Shown piece by piece: positions 15,269 to 26,951 of a stretch of 32,000 nt of DNA; the stretch's first letter is position 1; every line of letters starts with the position of its first letter. The notes below the pieces were generated by a model. That model was not told where the DNA came from. It saw only the letters and a program-made list of their open reading frames with translations, and searched no databases. The position numbers and the translations under genes are program-made. This DNA comes from Pirellula staleyi DSM 6068. GTDB taxonomy: Bacteria; Planctomycetota; Planctomycetia; Pirellulales; Pirellulaceae. The stretch covers positions 5,820,001 through 5,852,000 of the forward strand of contig CP001848.1 in the NCBI GenBank assembly GCA_000025185.1. The letters run 5' to 3'.

Positions 15269-15700
15269 ATGGCTAAAAGACGAACGGAACGCCCCGATCC
15301 AGATAGGCGGCTGCGCCAAGCGGAAAAGATCGCCAGACATTTGCGGCTACTCAAGATGATTCTTGGACCAGGTAGGTGGGATGCTGATTCTCTGGCTCGC
15401 GAACTAGATTGCAGTGCTCGTACGGTGCACCGAACATTGCAGGCACTGACTCTGGCTGGAATCCCGTGGTTCTTTTGTCGCGAGACAGAATCCTACAGAG
15501 TGCGAGATGGATTTCGATTTCCAGGTCTCAAAGAGTCTTCAACGGATGAATCGTCGACAACGCAATCGACGGTTTTGACTCCTGCTGTAGTTGGGAGACT
15601 CAAGCGACTTTCTGCCAACGGGAAAAAGCTAACCTCCATATTGCAAGTAGTCTGCGATGAAGCCGAGGAGCTAAGCAGAATAATAAGTGCCTCGATTTAG
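15269..15700 (+). CDS. Short HTH transcriptional regulator (DeoR/YafY-type HTH_11-like N-terminus, no WYL domain)
   Basis: From the ATG at 15269: MAKRRTERPDPDRRLRQAEKIARHLRLLKMILGPGRWDADSLARELDCSARTVHRTLQALTLAGIPWFF..SYRVRDGFRFP. The upstream part of the 214-aa track ORF overlaps the divergent gene and looks non-coding. Confidence 0.7.
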   Translation: MAKRRTERPDPDRRLRQAEKIARHLRLLKMILGPGRWDADSLARELDCSARTVHRTLQALTLAGIPWFFCRETESYRVRDGFRFPGLKESSTDESSTTQSTVLTPAVVGRLKRLSANGKKLTSILQVVCDEAEELSRIISASI

Positions 15701-16290
15701 CTTTTTTTTCAAATACCTCAACCGCATCCCCATCGCGATCTAAGAAACACTAGATGGATATTAACACCCAACGATTTGTCTTTGATTCAATCGCTTTAAA
15801 TACAACTCCCAATTTCATTGCAATCCCTGTGTAAGGCGTCTTACGGATTTCGTTTATTCCACAGCGAAAAATGCGACTTTCAAATCGCCATTTTGCTCGC
15901 CGACAAAAACGACGCTGTAAGCCCCTAGCCTGCTCCCCCGAGCTTGCTCGATGTACCACGAAGGTCTTAACCGCTCCTCAGGGATAAGGGAAAAACTTTT
16001 TGGCGGGTGAAAAACCGCACAGGCAGCCACTTTTCGCCCACCCTGCGAAGAAATCTTTTCTAACGAGACTTTTCGTGAATTCTAGCTCCGATAGAATGAA
16101 TTTAAAGTTGCTATAAAGCGCACCACCGGTCTTCAGAGTATGTCGATCGTGATCCTAAACGGCGGGGATGACAACGGTGCGTTTTCTAAAGAGTTGTTGG
16201 GCTTGAACATGACAACGCGGGTGTTCCCTGCTCGCACCATGGAATTGCCAACATTTACCGCGATTATTCGCGGCATGTTGGGAGTTTCGT

Positions 16291-16493
16291 ATGCGTTACG
16301 TAAGTCTTCAAGAAATTGCGCAGGTTTTTGGCATCTCTGTTAGGACCCTCTACCGCCTGAGGGCCGCAGGTAGACTTCCTCGCCCGATCCAAATCGGCCG
16401 ACGCATGTCCTACTGTGTTGAGGAAATGCATCGCCATTTCCAAGCAGGAAAATGCGCACCCTCGCGAACTATCAGCAAGGGAGGGAAGTCCTA

Positions 16494-16494
<1 letters not shown>
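16291..16494 (+). CDS. AlpA/excisionase-family HTH DNA-binding protein
   Basis: MRYVSLQEIAQVFGISVRTLYRLRAAGRLPRPIQIGRR fits the HTH_17/MerR-like Xis pattern. GGGAG lies 6 nt upstream. Its stop overlaps the integrase start as TAATG. Confidence 0.8.
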
Positions 16495-18181
<1,687 letters not shown>

Positions 18182-18197
18182 TCGCGTTGTGTCACCA

Positions 18198-18225
18198 ATT
18201 TTAACGCACGGTTTGTGGCTCGCAA
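18198..18225 (-). promoter_or_regulatory. Candidate sigma70-like promoter for tRNA-Asp
   Basis: The minus strand reads TTGCGA, a 16-nt spacer, then TAAAAT. The -10 element ends 16 nt before the mature tRNA 5' end. Promoter rules for this lineage are uncertain. Confidence 0.35.
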
Positions 18226-18820
18226 GGGTATGAGCCACGAACCAGCAGGTACTCCGGGCGGTTTTCGGTAAGTTGTTGCCGGATATGCCACTTATAGCGA
18301 CAACTTTGATCCCCCAAGGGGCCCGAGGTCGTGGCTTGTGGCCAGATCACAGCAACAAAATGGATGGCCGCTGGGGAGTACCTTGGCAGACAACCTTAGT
18401 AGACCCCTCCCCTGCCTGAAGGTTCGCGGAAAACAGCCGACAGTTGCCCGAAAATGATCAGCAGTCAGAAGTTACCAGCAATTACTCGCGACAGAACTCC
18501 CACGACAGAAGTGCGAGCTACGTTTTCAAAACGGCACCGTGCTGCGCGGGGGAAATTTCCAGCCGCAGACTCGCCGGAAGTGCCGCTGCTATGCAAGCAA
18601 GGGTTCTGTCATGCTCTATCAACTGTCGTACTACCTTCACAAAGTGACTTCCATGGCCAGCCACCTCGAGCGGCAGCACTGGATTTTGCTGTCGGTCGGC
18701 ATTTTGCTGCTGGGGATCGTTTGCATGCGTGGGTTTGGATCGCGCACGCAGTACTAACAGCCCCGTCCAGCTGGCGGCTGCAGAGCGAGTGACAAATACC
18801 AGCTGCTGAGGCAGCTTCTC

Positions 18821-19792
18821 TTAAAACAGCGTTTCGTCGGGCTCGCGACCGGCAAGTTCTTTGGCCTTCTCGAAGTCGGATTTGCGGGCCGCCTCGTCCT
18901 CGAGTGCGCCGTGGATGAGCGAGCGGTGGTAGTAGATCACCGCCATCCCTTGGTCTTCGATTTTCTCGAGGGCCTTCTCTTCGCGCGGATCAACGATCCG
19001 AGAAGCGTTTTCAGAGCGCAAGATGCTCATTTTCTCGCGCAGCGTTTCCTGAAGCGCAATGGCTCGATCGAGATCAGCCTTGGCCTCTTTCTGTCGGCCG
19101 AGGCGGTAGTAGATGAACCCGCGAGTGTCGAGCATCGCGGCACTTTGGGGATCGATTTCGAGAGCCGCATTCACGTCGGTCAGTGCTTTCTCGAGGTCAA
19201 TATTCCCCACCGCACGCGCGTAGGCCAAGCCATTGAGCGCTTCGACACGTTCGGGAAAACCAGTCGCCACACTGCGACGCTCGAGCTCTACCCAGTCGGC
19301 AATAGCCGCTTCATGCTGCCCCAAAAACTGGCGAATCTTCGATCGTTCGACGAGCAAGAAGGGGGTCTCGCCCAGTTTGTTCACTGCGGTATTGATGTCG
19401 GCGAGTGCGGCGTCGAATTGTCGCATTTCGGTTCGCCAGCGAGCACGTTCCACCAGGAATCGGGGCTCTTCGGCGTCCCACTCCATTGCTTCTTCAAGTT
19501 TCGCGAGAGCAGCCTCTTGCTTACCGTCGGCCCACGCTTCGACAGCAGCTGCATACTTCCACCGCGCCACCTCCGAAGGAATCTCGATGATCGACACCAC
19601 ACCCAGCACGATCATGGTGGTGATGAGCCACATCCGCCACCACGTTGCGAAACCAGAACTGGGAGTGGCAGGTTCGCGCGATGCTGGATTGCCAAGAGCG
19701 CGGGGCTTACTCCCGGGCGATGCTGGGCCTTTGGGTGACGATGAAGGATCGCTCGACAACGTTCTAGTCCTCTCGAAAAATCTCGCTATCAA
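18821..19792 (-). CDS. TPR-repeat protein with an N-terminal membrane anchor
   Basis: TM segment WWRMWLITTMIVLGVVSII. TPR-like repeats, for example ALEIDPQSAAMLDTRGFIYYRLGRQKEAKADLDRAIAL. The track start is TTG, and the internal ATG at MWLITT is an alternative start. Confidence 0.8.
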   Translation of the reverse strand: MIARFFERTRTLSSDPSSSPKGPASPGSKPRALGNPASREPATPSSGFATWWRMWLITTMIVLGVVSIIEIPSEVARWKYAAAVEAWADGKQEAALAKLEEAMEWDAEEPRFLVERARWRTEMRQFDAALADINTAVNKLGETPFLLVERSKIRQFLGQHEAAIADWVELERRSVATGFPERVEALNGLAYARAVGNIDLEKALTDVNAALEIDPQSAAMLDTRGFIYYRLGRQKEAKADLDRAIALQETLREKMSILRSENASRIVDPREEKALEKIEDQGMAVIYYHRSLIHGALEDEAARKSDFEKAKELAGREPDETLF

Positions 19793-20085
19793 TCGACTCG
19801 GCAGCCGATTGCGACTTTGCCTTTACCCTATTTAGTGTAGGCGAGATGGGGAGCGATGACTTCAGGTCGTGCGCAAGAATCTCGCCGGTTGGAAGTGAGA
19901 TTGCGCAAGCTCTTCGGCCAACGATCTTTACGCGAGAGCCCGCCTTTGCCTCGCGACACTCCCTACGCTCGGAGGGAGCTAGCGGCCCCATCGCGCATTC
20001 TTCATCCCCAGATAGTCGTGCAAGATTCGAGCGGCACTGGTAACATAAGTCAGGGCATCGACTCGAACGTATTAGCGGAGATTCT

Positions 20086-21297
20086 GTGATGAAACGACTC
20101 AACCTGGCTCGGGCGACTTGGAAGCTGGCAATCGCAGCCTCTCTCGCGCTGCCTGTCGCGAGCAATTTGGCGGCTGATGAGCCCGTTTCTCCAACCGCTG
20201 AGATCGCGCTTCCCACCCCCGTTTCTGCCGAGCAAATCGAGCAGTGGGGGGCGGAGATGGATTCGAGTAGTTTCTCGGAGCGCCAGGCCGCTGCCAACAA
20301 ACTGGGCGAACTTGGCAAAACGGCGTTTCCTACGCTCGAAAAAATTGCGGCAGGCGAGAGCCGCGAAGCATCGGCGCGGGCCATGGAAATCCTGAAGCGT
20401 CACCTCGACGACGGGGACGAAACCACACGATCGGCTGCCAAGGAATGCCTCGAGCGACTCGCGAAGTGCGATAACGAAGCTTTAGCTCGCCGCGCCACGC
20501 AAGCGCTGACACCTCCCGAAGAGGAACAAAACGCCCAGATTTTCGCCCCGCAGATTGTTCCCGCGATTCGGATTGCTCAAGCGCGGGCACAGATTCAAAT
20601 CCGTGCTGGTGGCAACAATGTCAAACGAGTGACCATCAAAAACAACAACGGCATTCGCGACATCGAAGCGGAAGAGAATGGTCGCAAGGTGAAGATCACC
20701 GACGATCCCAACAACGGGATCAAGATGGAAGTGACCGAAAAAGAAGGGGCGAAGGAAGTCAAGAAAGAGTACAGCGCCAAAAATGCGGCTGAACTCAAAG
20801 AGAAGCATCCCGAAGCTCATAAGATTTATGAGCAGTATGGCAATCAGGGTGGCATCCAAATCAACGGTGGCGGTGGTATTCAAATCCAGCAAGGGGGTTT
20901 GATTCCTGTGATGCCAGCGCCGGGTGGTGCTGTCGACAAAGATGCCTTGAAGCGTCAGCTCGAGAACATCAATCGCATGATCGAGCAAGTGAAGAAGACC
21001 CAGCAAGATATGCAGCAGCGCGGGCTTCCCAACGGCAACTTCGACCCCATCATTCAGCGGCTCGAAGAAACGAAAGCGCGGCTCGAACAGCAGCAAGGTG
21101 CCGCCCCTGCTCCGGCGGCTGAGAATGCCGAGAAACCGGCTACGGAAGAAGCTCCGAAGAGCAGCACGCCTGCTCCGAATACCCCTGCTTCTCAGGACCA
21201 ACCAGAGGGGGCACAAGCAGCGGCTAGTGCTTCCGCTTCAGCTTCGGCCAGCAGTGATGGCCGAGAAGTGAAAGCGGAAGTGAAGATCGACAAATAG
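20086..21297 (+). CDS. Secreted hypothetical protein with HEAT-like repeats and a low-complexity C-terminus
   Basis: Signal-peptide-like N-terminus MKRLNLARATWKLAIAASLALPVASNLAADEP (ATG at 20089). HEAT-like segment SERQAAANKLGELGKTAFPTLEKIAAGESREASARAMEIL. A GGIQINGGGGIQIQQGG stretch and an Ala/Pro/Ser-rich tail. Confidence 0.75.
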   Translation: MMKRLNLARATWKLAIAASLALPVASNLAADEPVSPTAEIALPTPVSAEQIEQWGAEMDSSSFSERQAAANKLGELGKTAFPTLEKIAAGESREASARAMEILKRHLDDGDETTRSAAKECLERLAKCDNEALARRATQALTPPEEEQNAQIFAPQIVPAIRIAQARAQIQIRAGGNNVKRVTIKNNNGIRDIEAEENGRKVKITDDPNNGIKMEVTEKEGAKEVKKEYSAKNAAELKEKHPEAHKIYEQYGNQGGIQINGGGGIQIQQGGLIPVMPAPGGAVDKDALKRQLENINRMIEQVKKTQQDMQQRGLPNGNFDPIIQRLEETKARLEQQQGAAPAPAAENAEKPATEEAPKSSTPAPNTPASQDQPEGAQAAASASASASASSDGREVKAEVKIDK

Positions 21298-21367
21298 AGG
21301 TCGCTGCTTTTGGGATGTCGCATGATCGGACTATCGCTTCGTAGCCGATCAGCAGGCTCGGCGAATC

Positions 21368-22351
21368 TTAGTACGACCCCACCACTTCGCCCGAGCCACG
21401 TGTGACGAGTGCTCGCCACACCGAAAGCTGGATCGAGTTGTTGATCAGCTTGACCGATCCATCGACCAGGTTCACCTGTGCTCCGGCTGGGTGATAGCTG
21501 CGCGAGGTCACCGCTGCGTAGGTGAGATTCGTAGCCGTTTCCCCTTCGCGATACGAGTTGTAGTCGATGTCGTAAAGCTTCCCCGCATCGGTGTGAGGCA
21601 CTTTCGTGTTCGGAGCAAACAGGCCCGTGAAACCGGTTTGATGAACCCGCGCGTCGACCCATTCGGTATGTCCCGAATCGGCTTTGAACGAGCCCCCCAT
21701 GCCGCTGATATCGGCCGGACCGGCTGGGAAAGCCGCACCGGCAGTGCTTGGGCTTCCGCTATTTCGGAAGTAAGGCTGATAGGCCTTTACTTCAGCAAAC
21801 GCGATGGTATTGCTCGTTCCGTCGGTTACCGAGCTAAAGCCAAGCTGGCTGTTGGGATATGCTATCCCGTCGCCACCCGACTGATTCGTGGGGTTAAACA
21901 CAAACCAGACACCGCTGTTCACGCCGTAGCAAAGCGGAAAGTGCGTGATGGCTCCATCGGGACGTTCGCGCATCGCGTTGGGATCGCTCGGGCATTGATA
22001 GACCGGCACACGTGTCTTGGCCACTTGCACCTGCGAGGAGTAGGGCAAGTTGAAGTTGATCAAATTGTTGAGATTCGATTGCTCGAGAAACGGGAGCAAC
22101 CGTGCCTGCACCGACCAACTGGTGACTCCCGAAACTCCCACGGGATATTGACCCGACGGTGGAAACATTCCCATCGTGTCGTGGAAATTGTGGAGCGAAA
22201 GCCCAATCTGCTTCAGATTGTTGCTGCAGGAACTACGACGTGCAGCCTCACGAGCCGCCTGAACGGCTGGCAAAAGAAGCGCCACCAAAACCCCAATGAT
22301 GGCAATAACAACCAACAGCTCGACGAGCGTGAAACCAGTTTTGCGAGACAT
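21368..22351 (-). CDS. DUF1559-family protein with a prepilin-type N-terminal cleavage/methylation domain
   Basis: From the ATG at 22351: MSRKTGFTLVELLVVIAIIGVLVALLLPAVQAAREAARRSSCSNNLKQIGLSLHNFHD. This is the characteristic N-terminus of this Planctomycetota-expanded family. The longer track ORF starting at 22465 is probably an over-extension. Confidence 0.9.
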   Translation of the reverse strand: MSRKTGFTLVELLVVIAIIGVLVALLLPAVQAAREAARRSSCSNNLKQIGLSLHNFHDTMGMFPPSGQYPVGVSGVTSWSVQARLLPFLEQSNLNNLINFNLPYSSQVQVAKTRVPVYQCPSDPNAMRERPDGAITHFPLCYGVNSGVWFVFNPTNQSGGDGIAYPNSQLGFSSVTDGTSNTIAFAEVKAYQPYFRNSGSPSTAGAAFPAGPADISGMGGSFKADSGHTEWVDARVHQTGFTGLFAPNTKVPHTDAGKLYDIDYNSYREGETATNLTYAAVTSRSYHPAGAQVNLVDGSVKLINNSIQLSVWRALVTRGSGEVVGSY

Positions 22352-22674
22352 AGGGTGAGTGATTTTCCGTGCTGGCCACTGAATTGGTCGCAGGCGACCA
22401 GATGTCAGTGGCGTGCTAGGTGGGTGATGGCCGGCAATTGCAACTGCCGCACAACGCGAGACCAAGCGTCACAAGTTGATAGCGAGTCTCAGTAGCAAAA
22501 AGAATAGCGAGCCCACGCCCAATTGCAAGGGTCGACCGGGGAGATTTGCGAAGCAAATTTCGTGATCAGCGCCTTACGAAAAATTGTTGACACATTCCCC
22601 TGAACGGGTAAATTCCGGACTGCGTCGAGCCTCCCCTCCCCATCGCGCAATCAACTTCGACCACGAGGCTGCTT

Positions 22675-23232
22675 ATGAGCGCCGAATCTCGTGTCCTGGC
22701 CCGGATTTTTGCCGATCACGCTGCCAAACGGCCCTGGATCGCCATCGTTCCACTCCCCCTCACACTGATGTTTCTGGTGCTCGAATATGGCAATGCCCAG
22801 ACCGGCCAGCTGGCGAAATCAGCGCCGGTGAAATCGGGCGAAGTGACGCAGGTCTACAACGCCTCGAGCCTCCCCTTTCGGCACGATTGGTGGGCCCAAG
22901 TTGCCGGTGGCGAGCAACCGGTGGAAGTGAAACTGCTCTATAGCGAATCGCGCATGCTCGAACCTGGGTCCACGCTCAATTACATCGAAGTGAGGCCGTC
23001 GCAATTCCTCTCGGAGACAGAGGCTAATCGACTCGCCAGTTCCGTTCGCTTCGCGACCAGCGGCATCGGAGTGAACGACTCGATGATCATCTTCGCGATC
23101 ATCATTTCGATGCAGTTTGGCTGGCTCTTCTTTGGCAAGCAGTTAGTGGCATGGTCCGACAGCGTCGAGGCCGAGCGATTGGCCAAAATCGAAGCCGACC
23201 AGCAGAAATCGGAAACCGCATCGCCGTCGTAA
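22675..23232 (+). CDS. Hypothetical membrane protein
   Basis: A 185-aa ORF with an ATG start and GAGG upstream. Hydrophobic segments WIAIVPLPLTLMFLVL and MIIFAIIISMQFGWLFF. No recognisable family. Confidence 0.55.
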   Translation: MSAESRVLARIFADHAAKRPWIAIVPLPLTLMFLVLEYGNAQTGQLAKSAPVKSGEVTQVYNASSLPFRHDWWAQVAGGEQPVEVKLLYSESRMLEPGSTLNYIEVRPSQFLSETEANRLASSVRFATSGIGVNDSMIIFAIIISMQFGWLFFGKQLVAWSDSVEAERLAKIEADQQKSETASPS

Positions 23233-23353
23233 CAGCAGCCCGCGAAGGGACTCATGCCATCTTGCCACGACTCACCGAGAAGTCGATGCTGTAGCATGCC
23301 CGTCTGCTTGACGGGTCGACAGCTATAGTCCTTTCACTTTCGGCGAGCCACCG

Positions 23354-24448
23354 ATGCCCGATTTTGCCCTTCGTCGCGATAAACTCCGTAGCTTGGTGAA
23401 GAAATCCGGCCTCCACGCTTTGCTGGTGACCAACTTCACCAACGTTAGCTACCTGACCGGCTTTACGGGGGACGATAGCTATTTGCTCTTGTCGCAACAT
23501 GGCGAGGTGATCATCAGCGATCCACGCTACACCGAGCAACTCGACGACGAGTGCCCGGGACTCGTGCAGGTGATTCGCCGCCCACCGACCAAAATGTCGG
23601 ACGCCGTGAGTGCGGTGCTGAAATCGACCGGTGTGCAGCAGGTGGCGATCGAGGCTGCGAGCATGACGGTGGCGTTTCGCGACACGCTTGCAGCAGGTCT
23701 CGGGGATGTGCAACTGCACAGCAGCAATGGACTTGTGGAACAGCTGCGAGAAATCAAGGATAAAGAAGAGATCGACGCCATTCGGGCCGCAATCAAGTGT
23801 GCTCAGCAAGCCTTTGGCGTGATCCGCGCGAGCCTTCGCCCCGAGCAGTCGGAAAAGCAGGTCGCCGACGAGCTTGAGTATCAGATTCGCTTGTTTGGCG
23901 GTAAGAAAACGAGCTTCGAGCCGATCATCGGCGTCGGCCCCCGTGGGGCCCTTCCGCACGGCCGTCCGAGCGACAAAAAAGTGGGTGAAGACGACTTCAT
24001 TTTGATCGACTGGGGAGCCCGAATGGGGGGCTATATCAGCGACTTGACGCGAGTTTTGGTGACCGGTAAAATCTCGCCCAAACTAGAACGCATTTATGGA
24101 GTTGTGCTCGCTGCCCAGCTCGCTGCCATTGCAGAAATTAAGCCTGGCGCGGTGATGAAGGATGTGGATGCAGCAGCCCGCGGCGTGATCGAAAAAGCAG
24201 GGTTCGGCCCGAAGTTTGGGCACTCGCTTGGACATGGCATCGGCATGGAAGTGCACGAAGCCCCGAGGCTCGCTGCTGATCAAGATCGCCCGCTTCGGCC
24301 GGGCATGGTGGTGACGGTGGAGCCAGGCATCTATTTGCCCGGCTGGGGTGGAGTTCGCATCGAAGACGATGTGCTCGTCACCAAAAGCGGTCACGAAGTG
24401 CTCTCTTCCACGCCCAAGCAGCTTCAGGACTGCATCGTTACGGCGTGA
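23354..24448 (+). CDS. M24B-family Xaa-Pro aminopeptidase/dipeptidase
   Basis: Creatinase-like N-terminal domain followed by pita-bread fold motifs: ILIDWGARMGGYISDLTR, HSLGHGIGMEVHEAP, VEPGIYLPGWGGVRIEDDVLVT. Confidence 0.9.
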   Translation: MPDFALRRDKLRSLVKKSGLHALLVTNFTNVSYLTGFTGDDSYLLLSQHGEVIISDPRYTEQLDDECPGLVQVIRRPPTKMSDAVSAVLKSTGVQQVAIEAASMTVAFRDTLAAGLGDVQLHSSNGLVEQLREIKDKEEIDAIRAAIKCAQQAFGVIRASLRPEQSEKQVADELEYQIRLFGGKKTSFEPIIGVGPRGALPHGRPSDKKVGEDDFILIDWGARMGGYISDLTRVLVTGKISPKLERIYGVVLAAQLAAIAEIKPGAVMKDVDAAARGVIEKAGFGPKFGHSLGHGIGMEVHEAPRLAADQDRPLRPGMVVTVEPGIYLPGWGGVRIEDDVLVTKSGHEVLSSTPKQLQDCIVTA

Positions 24449-24633
24449 AACCCGTGATGCGGCAGGTGCCGGGCGCGATCGATTCGCCACGATCTCGTCA
24501 GCTGGTGGAGCCGCCGGAAACAAGCACTCCCTGGCACTGGCCGAATGGCCCGACTTGTGACGTAACTACAAACGCTTGAACACTTAAGACCTAGGAGCTT
24601 GCGAACCAGCAAGCTCGCTTCCGGAAAACACTT

Positions 24634-25143
24634 ATGACAGATGCTTCCAGCGGAACAGACGGCCAAGAGAGCGTGTTTGAGGTGCAGCGAATTCGCCGCC
24701 TCGTCGAGCTCATGAAAGAACACGACCTCAGCGAAATCGACCTGCGCGAGCAGCGTCACCGTATTCGCATTTGCCGCGGCCCCAAATTGGTCGCCGCCCC
24801 TGCTGTCGCTGCCGCACCAGCAGCTGCTCCAGCCCCGGCAGCTCCCGCTGCTGCCCCATCGGCTCCTGTCGCCGCTGCTCCTGCAGGCGATGGACCGGGC
24901 GTCATCGTCATCAAGAGCCCGATGGTTGGCACGTTCTACTCCAAGCCCAACCCTAAGGCCGAAACCTACGTCAAAGTGGGAGACCGCGTTGATAGTGGCA
25001 CGATCATTTGCCTCATCGAAGCGATGAAGGTCTACAACGAAATCCCCGCCGAAGTGAAGGGGAAGATCGTTGCCGTGATGGTCAATGACGGCGAAGCAGT
25101 GGAATTTGATAAGCCACTCTTCAAAGTCGATACCAACGGTTAA
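24634..25143 (+). CDS. accB: Acetyl-CoA carboxylase biotin carboxyl carrier protein
   Basis: Ala/Pro-rich linker, then the biotinyl domain with CLIEAMKVYNEIPAEVKGKIVAV (the EAMK biotinylation motif). It lies directly upstream of accC. Confidence 0.95.
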   Translation: MTDASSGTDGQESVFEVQRIRRLVELMKEHDLSEIDLREQRHRIRICRGPKLVAAPAVAAAPAAAPAPAAPAAAPSAPVAAAPAGDGPGVIVIKSPMVGTFYSKPNPKAETYVKVGDRVDSGTIICLIEAMKVYNEIPAEVKGKIVAVMVNDGEAVEFDKPLFKVDTNG

Positions 25144-25293
25144 TTGAGACATCACGAGGAGATAACCGCAAGGTTATTTCTAGCGAGGGGCTCTGCTAAT
25201 TAATACTTAGTACAGACCGAAGCCTCTTCTAACCACCGCGATCTGAAATTCTCTCCATCTTGCGCACGTATTTGAGATTGGCGTCTGCCACCT

Positions 25294-26649
25294 ATGTATA
25301 AACGAATTCTCATTGCCAACCGAGGCGAAATTGCTCTGCGAATCATTCGCGCTTGTAAAGAGCTTGGTATTGAGACCGTTTGCGTCTACAGCACCGCTGA
25401 TCGTGGCGCGCAGTATCTCGATCTCGCCGACGAGGCATATTGCATCGGCCCTCCGAAGGGGATGCAAAGCTATTTGAAGATCGATCAGATCATTTCCGCC
25501 GCCGAGGTGGGGAACGTCGAAGCGATCCATCCTGGCTATGGTTTTTTGGCTGAGAATTCGCACTTCAACGAAGTTTGCCGCAGCTGCAAAATCGACTTCA
25601 TTGGCCCTACGCCGGAAGCGATGGATTCCCTCGGGGATAAGAATCGCGCCCGCGATATGGCCCGCGCTGCCAAGGTGCCTGTCGTTCCCGGTAGCGCCGG
25701 TCTGATCGAAGACGAAGAGGAAGCGGTCCGTACCGCTCGCGAAATCGGCTTTCCTGTCCTCATCAAGGCGACTGCCGGTGGTGGTGGCAAAGGGATGCGC
25801 GTTGCGGGGAACGAACTGGCCCTGAAAACTGCCCTGCAGCAGGCGAAGGCCGAGGCTCAAGCCGCGTTTGGCAACGGTGGTGTCTACCTCGAGAAGTTCA
25901 TCGAACGTCCTCGCCACGTAGAAGTGCAGATGATCGCTGATCACCACGGCAACGTGGTGCACTTGTATGAACGTGAGTGCAGCACGCAGCGTCGCCATCA
26001 AAAGCTGATTGAAGAGAGCCCAGCACCACGCTTGCCTGCTGAACGTCGCGAGGCGATGTGCCAGGCCGCAGTGCGACTCTTAAAGCAAGCTGGATATACC
26101 AACGCTGGCACTGTTGAGTTCATTGTCGATCAAGAGAATAACTTCTACTTCATTGAAGTGAATGCTCGTATTCAAGTCGAACATCCTGTGACCGAAATGG
26201 TCACTGGCGTCGATTTGATTAAGACCCAAATCATGGTCGCTGCTGGCGAAAAATTGCCCTTTACCCAAGAGGATATCAAACCTCGCGGTGCGGCGATTGA
26301 ATGCCGTATTAATGCCGAAAACCCTGACAAAGGTTTTCAGCCCTGCCCGGGTCTGATTAAGCAGATGTATATTCCTGGTGGACTCGGTGTGCGGTTCGAT
26401 TCGCATGCTCACGCGGGGTATAGCGTTCCACCTTATTACGATTCAATGATCGGGAAGTTGATCGTCCACAAGCCGACGCGCGAAGAAGCGATCGCTTGCA
26501 TGATCCGCGCGCTCGACGAACTGCGTGTCGAAGGTATCAAGACCACCGCGCCGTTCCATAAAAAGGTCCTTAGCCACGCAGTGTTCGTCGACGGCATGGT
26601 CGATACCGGCTTCGTCGAACGGGTGCTCCTGGCTGGCGATCACTCCTAG
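25294..26649 (+). CDS. accC: Acetyl-CoA carboxylase biotin carboxylase subunit
   Basis: [85 protein letters not shown]. Confidence 0.95.
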   Translation: MYKRILIANRGEIALRIIRACKELGIETVCVYSTADRGAQYLDLADEAYCIGPPKGMQSYLKIDQIISAAEVGNVEAIHPGYGFLAENSHFNEVCRSCKIDFIGPTPEAMDSLGDKNRARDMARAAKVPVVPGSAGLIEDEEEAVRTAREIGFPVLIKATAGGGGKGMRVAGNELALKTALQQAKAEAQAAFGNGGVYLEKFIERPRHVEVQMIADHHGNVVHLYERECSTQRRHQKLIEESPAPRLPAERREAMCQAAVRLLKQAGYTNAGTVEFIVDQENNFYFIEVNARIQVEHPVTEMVTGVDLIKTQIMVAAGEKLPFTQEDIKPRGAAIECRINAENPDKGFQPCPGLIKQMYIPGGLGVRFDSHAHAGYSVPPYYDSMIGKLIVHKPTREEAIACMIRALDELRVEGIKTTAPFHKKVLSHAVFVDGMVDTGFVERVLLAGDHS

Positions 26650-26951
26650 TCGCAACGCCCTTCTCAGTTCGCCCTGGTTGCCATCGAAGCAGCAACTCAG
26701 GGCTATGACTCTCGACAATCTTTCAAGCGCTGCGCGACAGTGCGGACAGCCGCACCAAACGTGCGGTTATTTGCTTGCATCTTGCTACCCGTTCAGGCTA
26801 AACTCACGCCTGGATGAAGATTGGCTGCGCGCACTTTGGGTGCGTTTGGCTCGAGTGCTGCCGCGAAATCAGCGACGTGCGGCTGAGTGCTCCTCGAATC
26901 GAGTCCACCCACCTCTCGCGTTGCCCGCCCGTTTGTTCAGGAGTTCGCCCT

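Noticed and set aside
15669-15709. A run of eight T residues right after the HTH gene stop, with a possible AGCTAA/TTAGCT stem.
   Set aside because: The stem is only 6 AT-rich bp with a 22-nt loop. This is too weak to call a terminator with confidence.
16111-16135. The sequence gcgcaccaccggtc resembles part of the tRNA 3' half (cgcaaccaccggatc). It could be an old att remnant upstream of xis.
   Set aside because: The match is only about 11 of 12 positions with an indel, and the flanks diverge. By rough estimate this is about what chance gives in 32 kb on two strands.
15750-16343. Small ORFs at 15750-15959 (-) and 16140-16343 (+) between the HTH regulator and xis.
   Set aside because: They have no motifs and poor start contexts, and the second overlaps the well-supported xis start. 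The region is more likely island regulatory or att-proximal non-coding DNA.
19764-20384. A 206-aa minus-strand ORF bridging the TPR gene start and the secreted-protein gene.
   Set aside because: It is Ala/Ser-rich. It overlaps the signal-peptide-bearing plus-strand gene in antisense and the intergenic promoter region, so it is most likely spurious.
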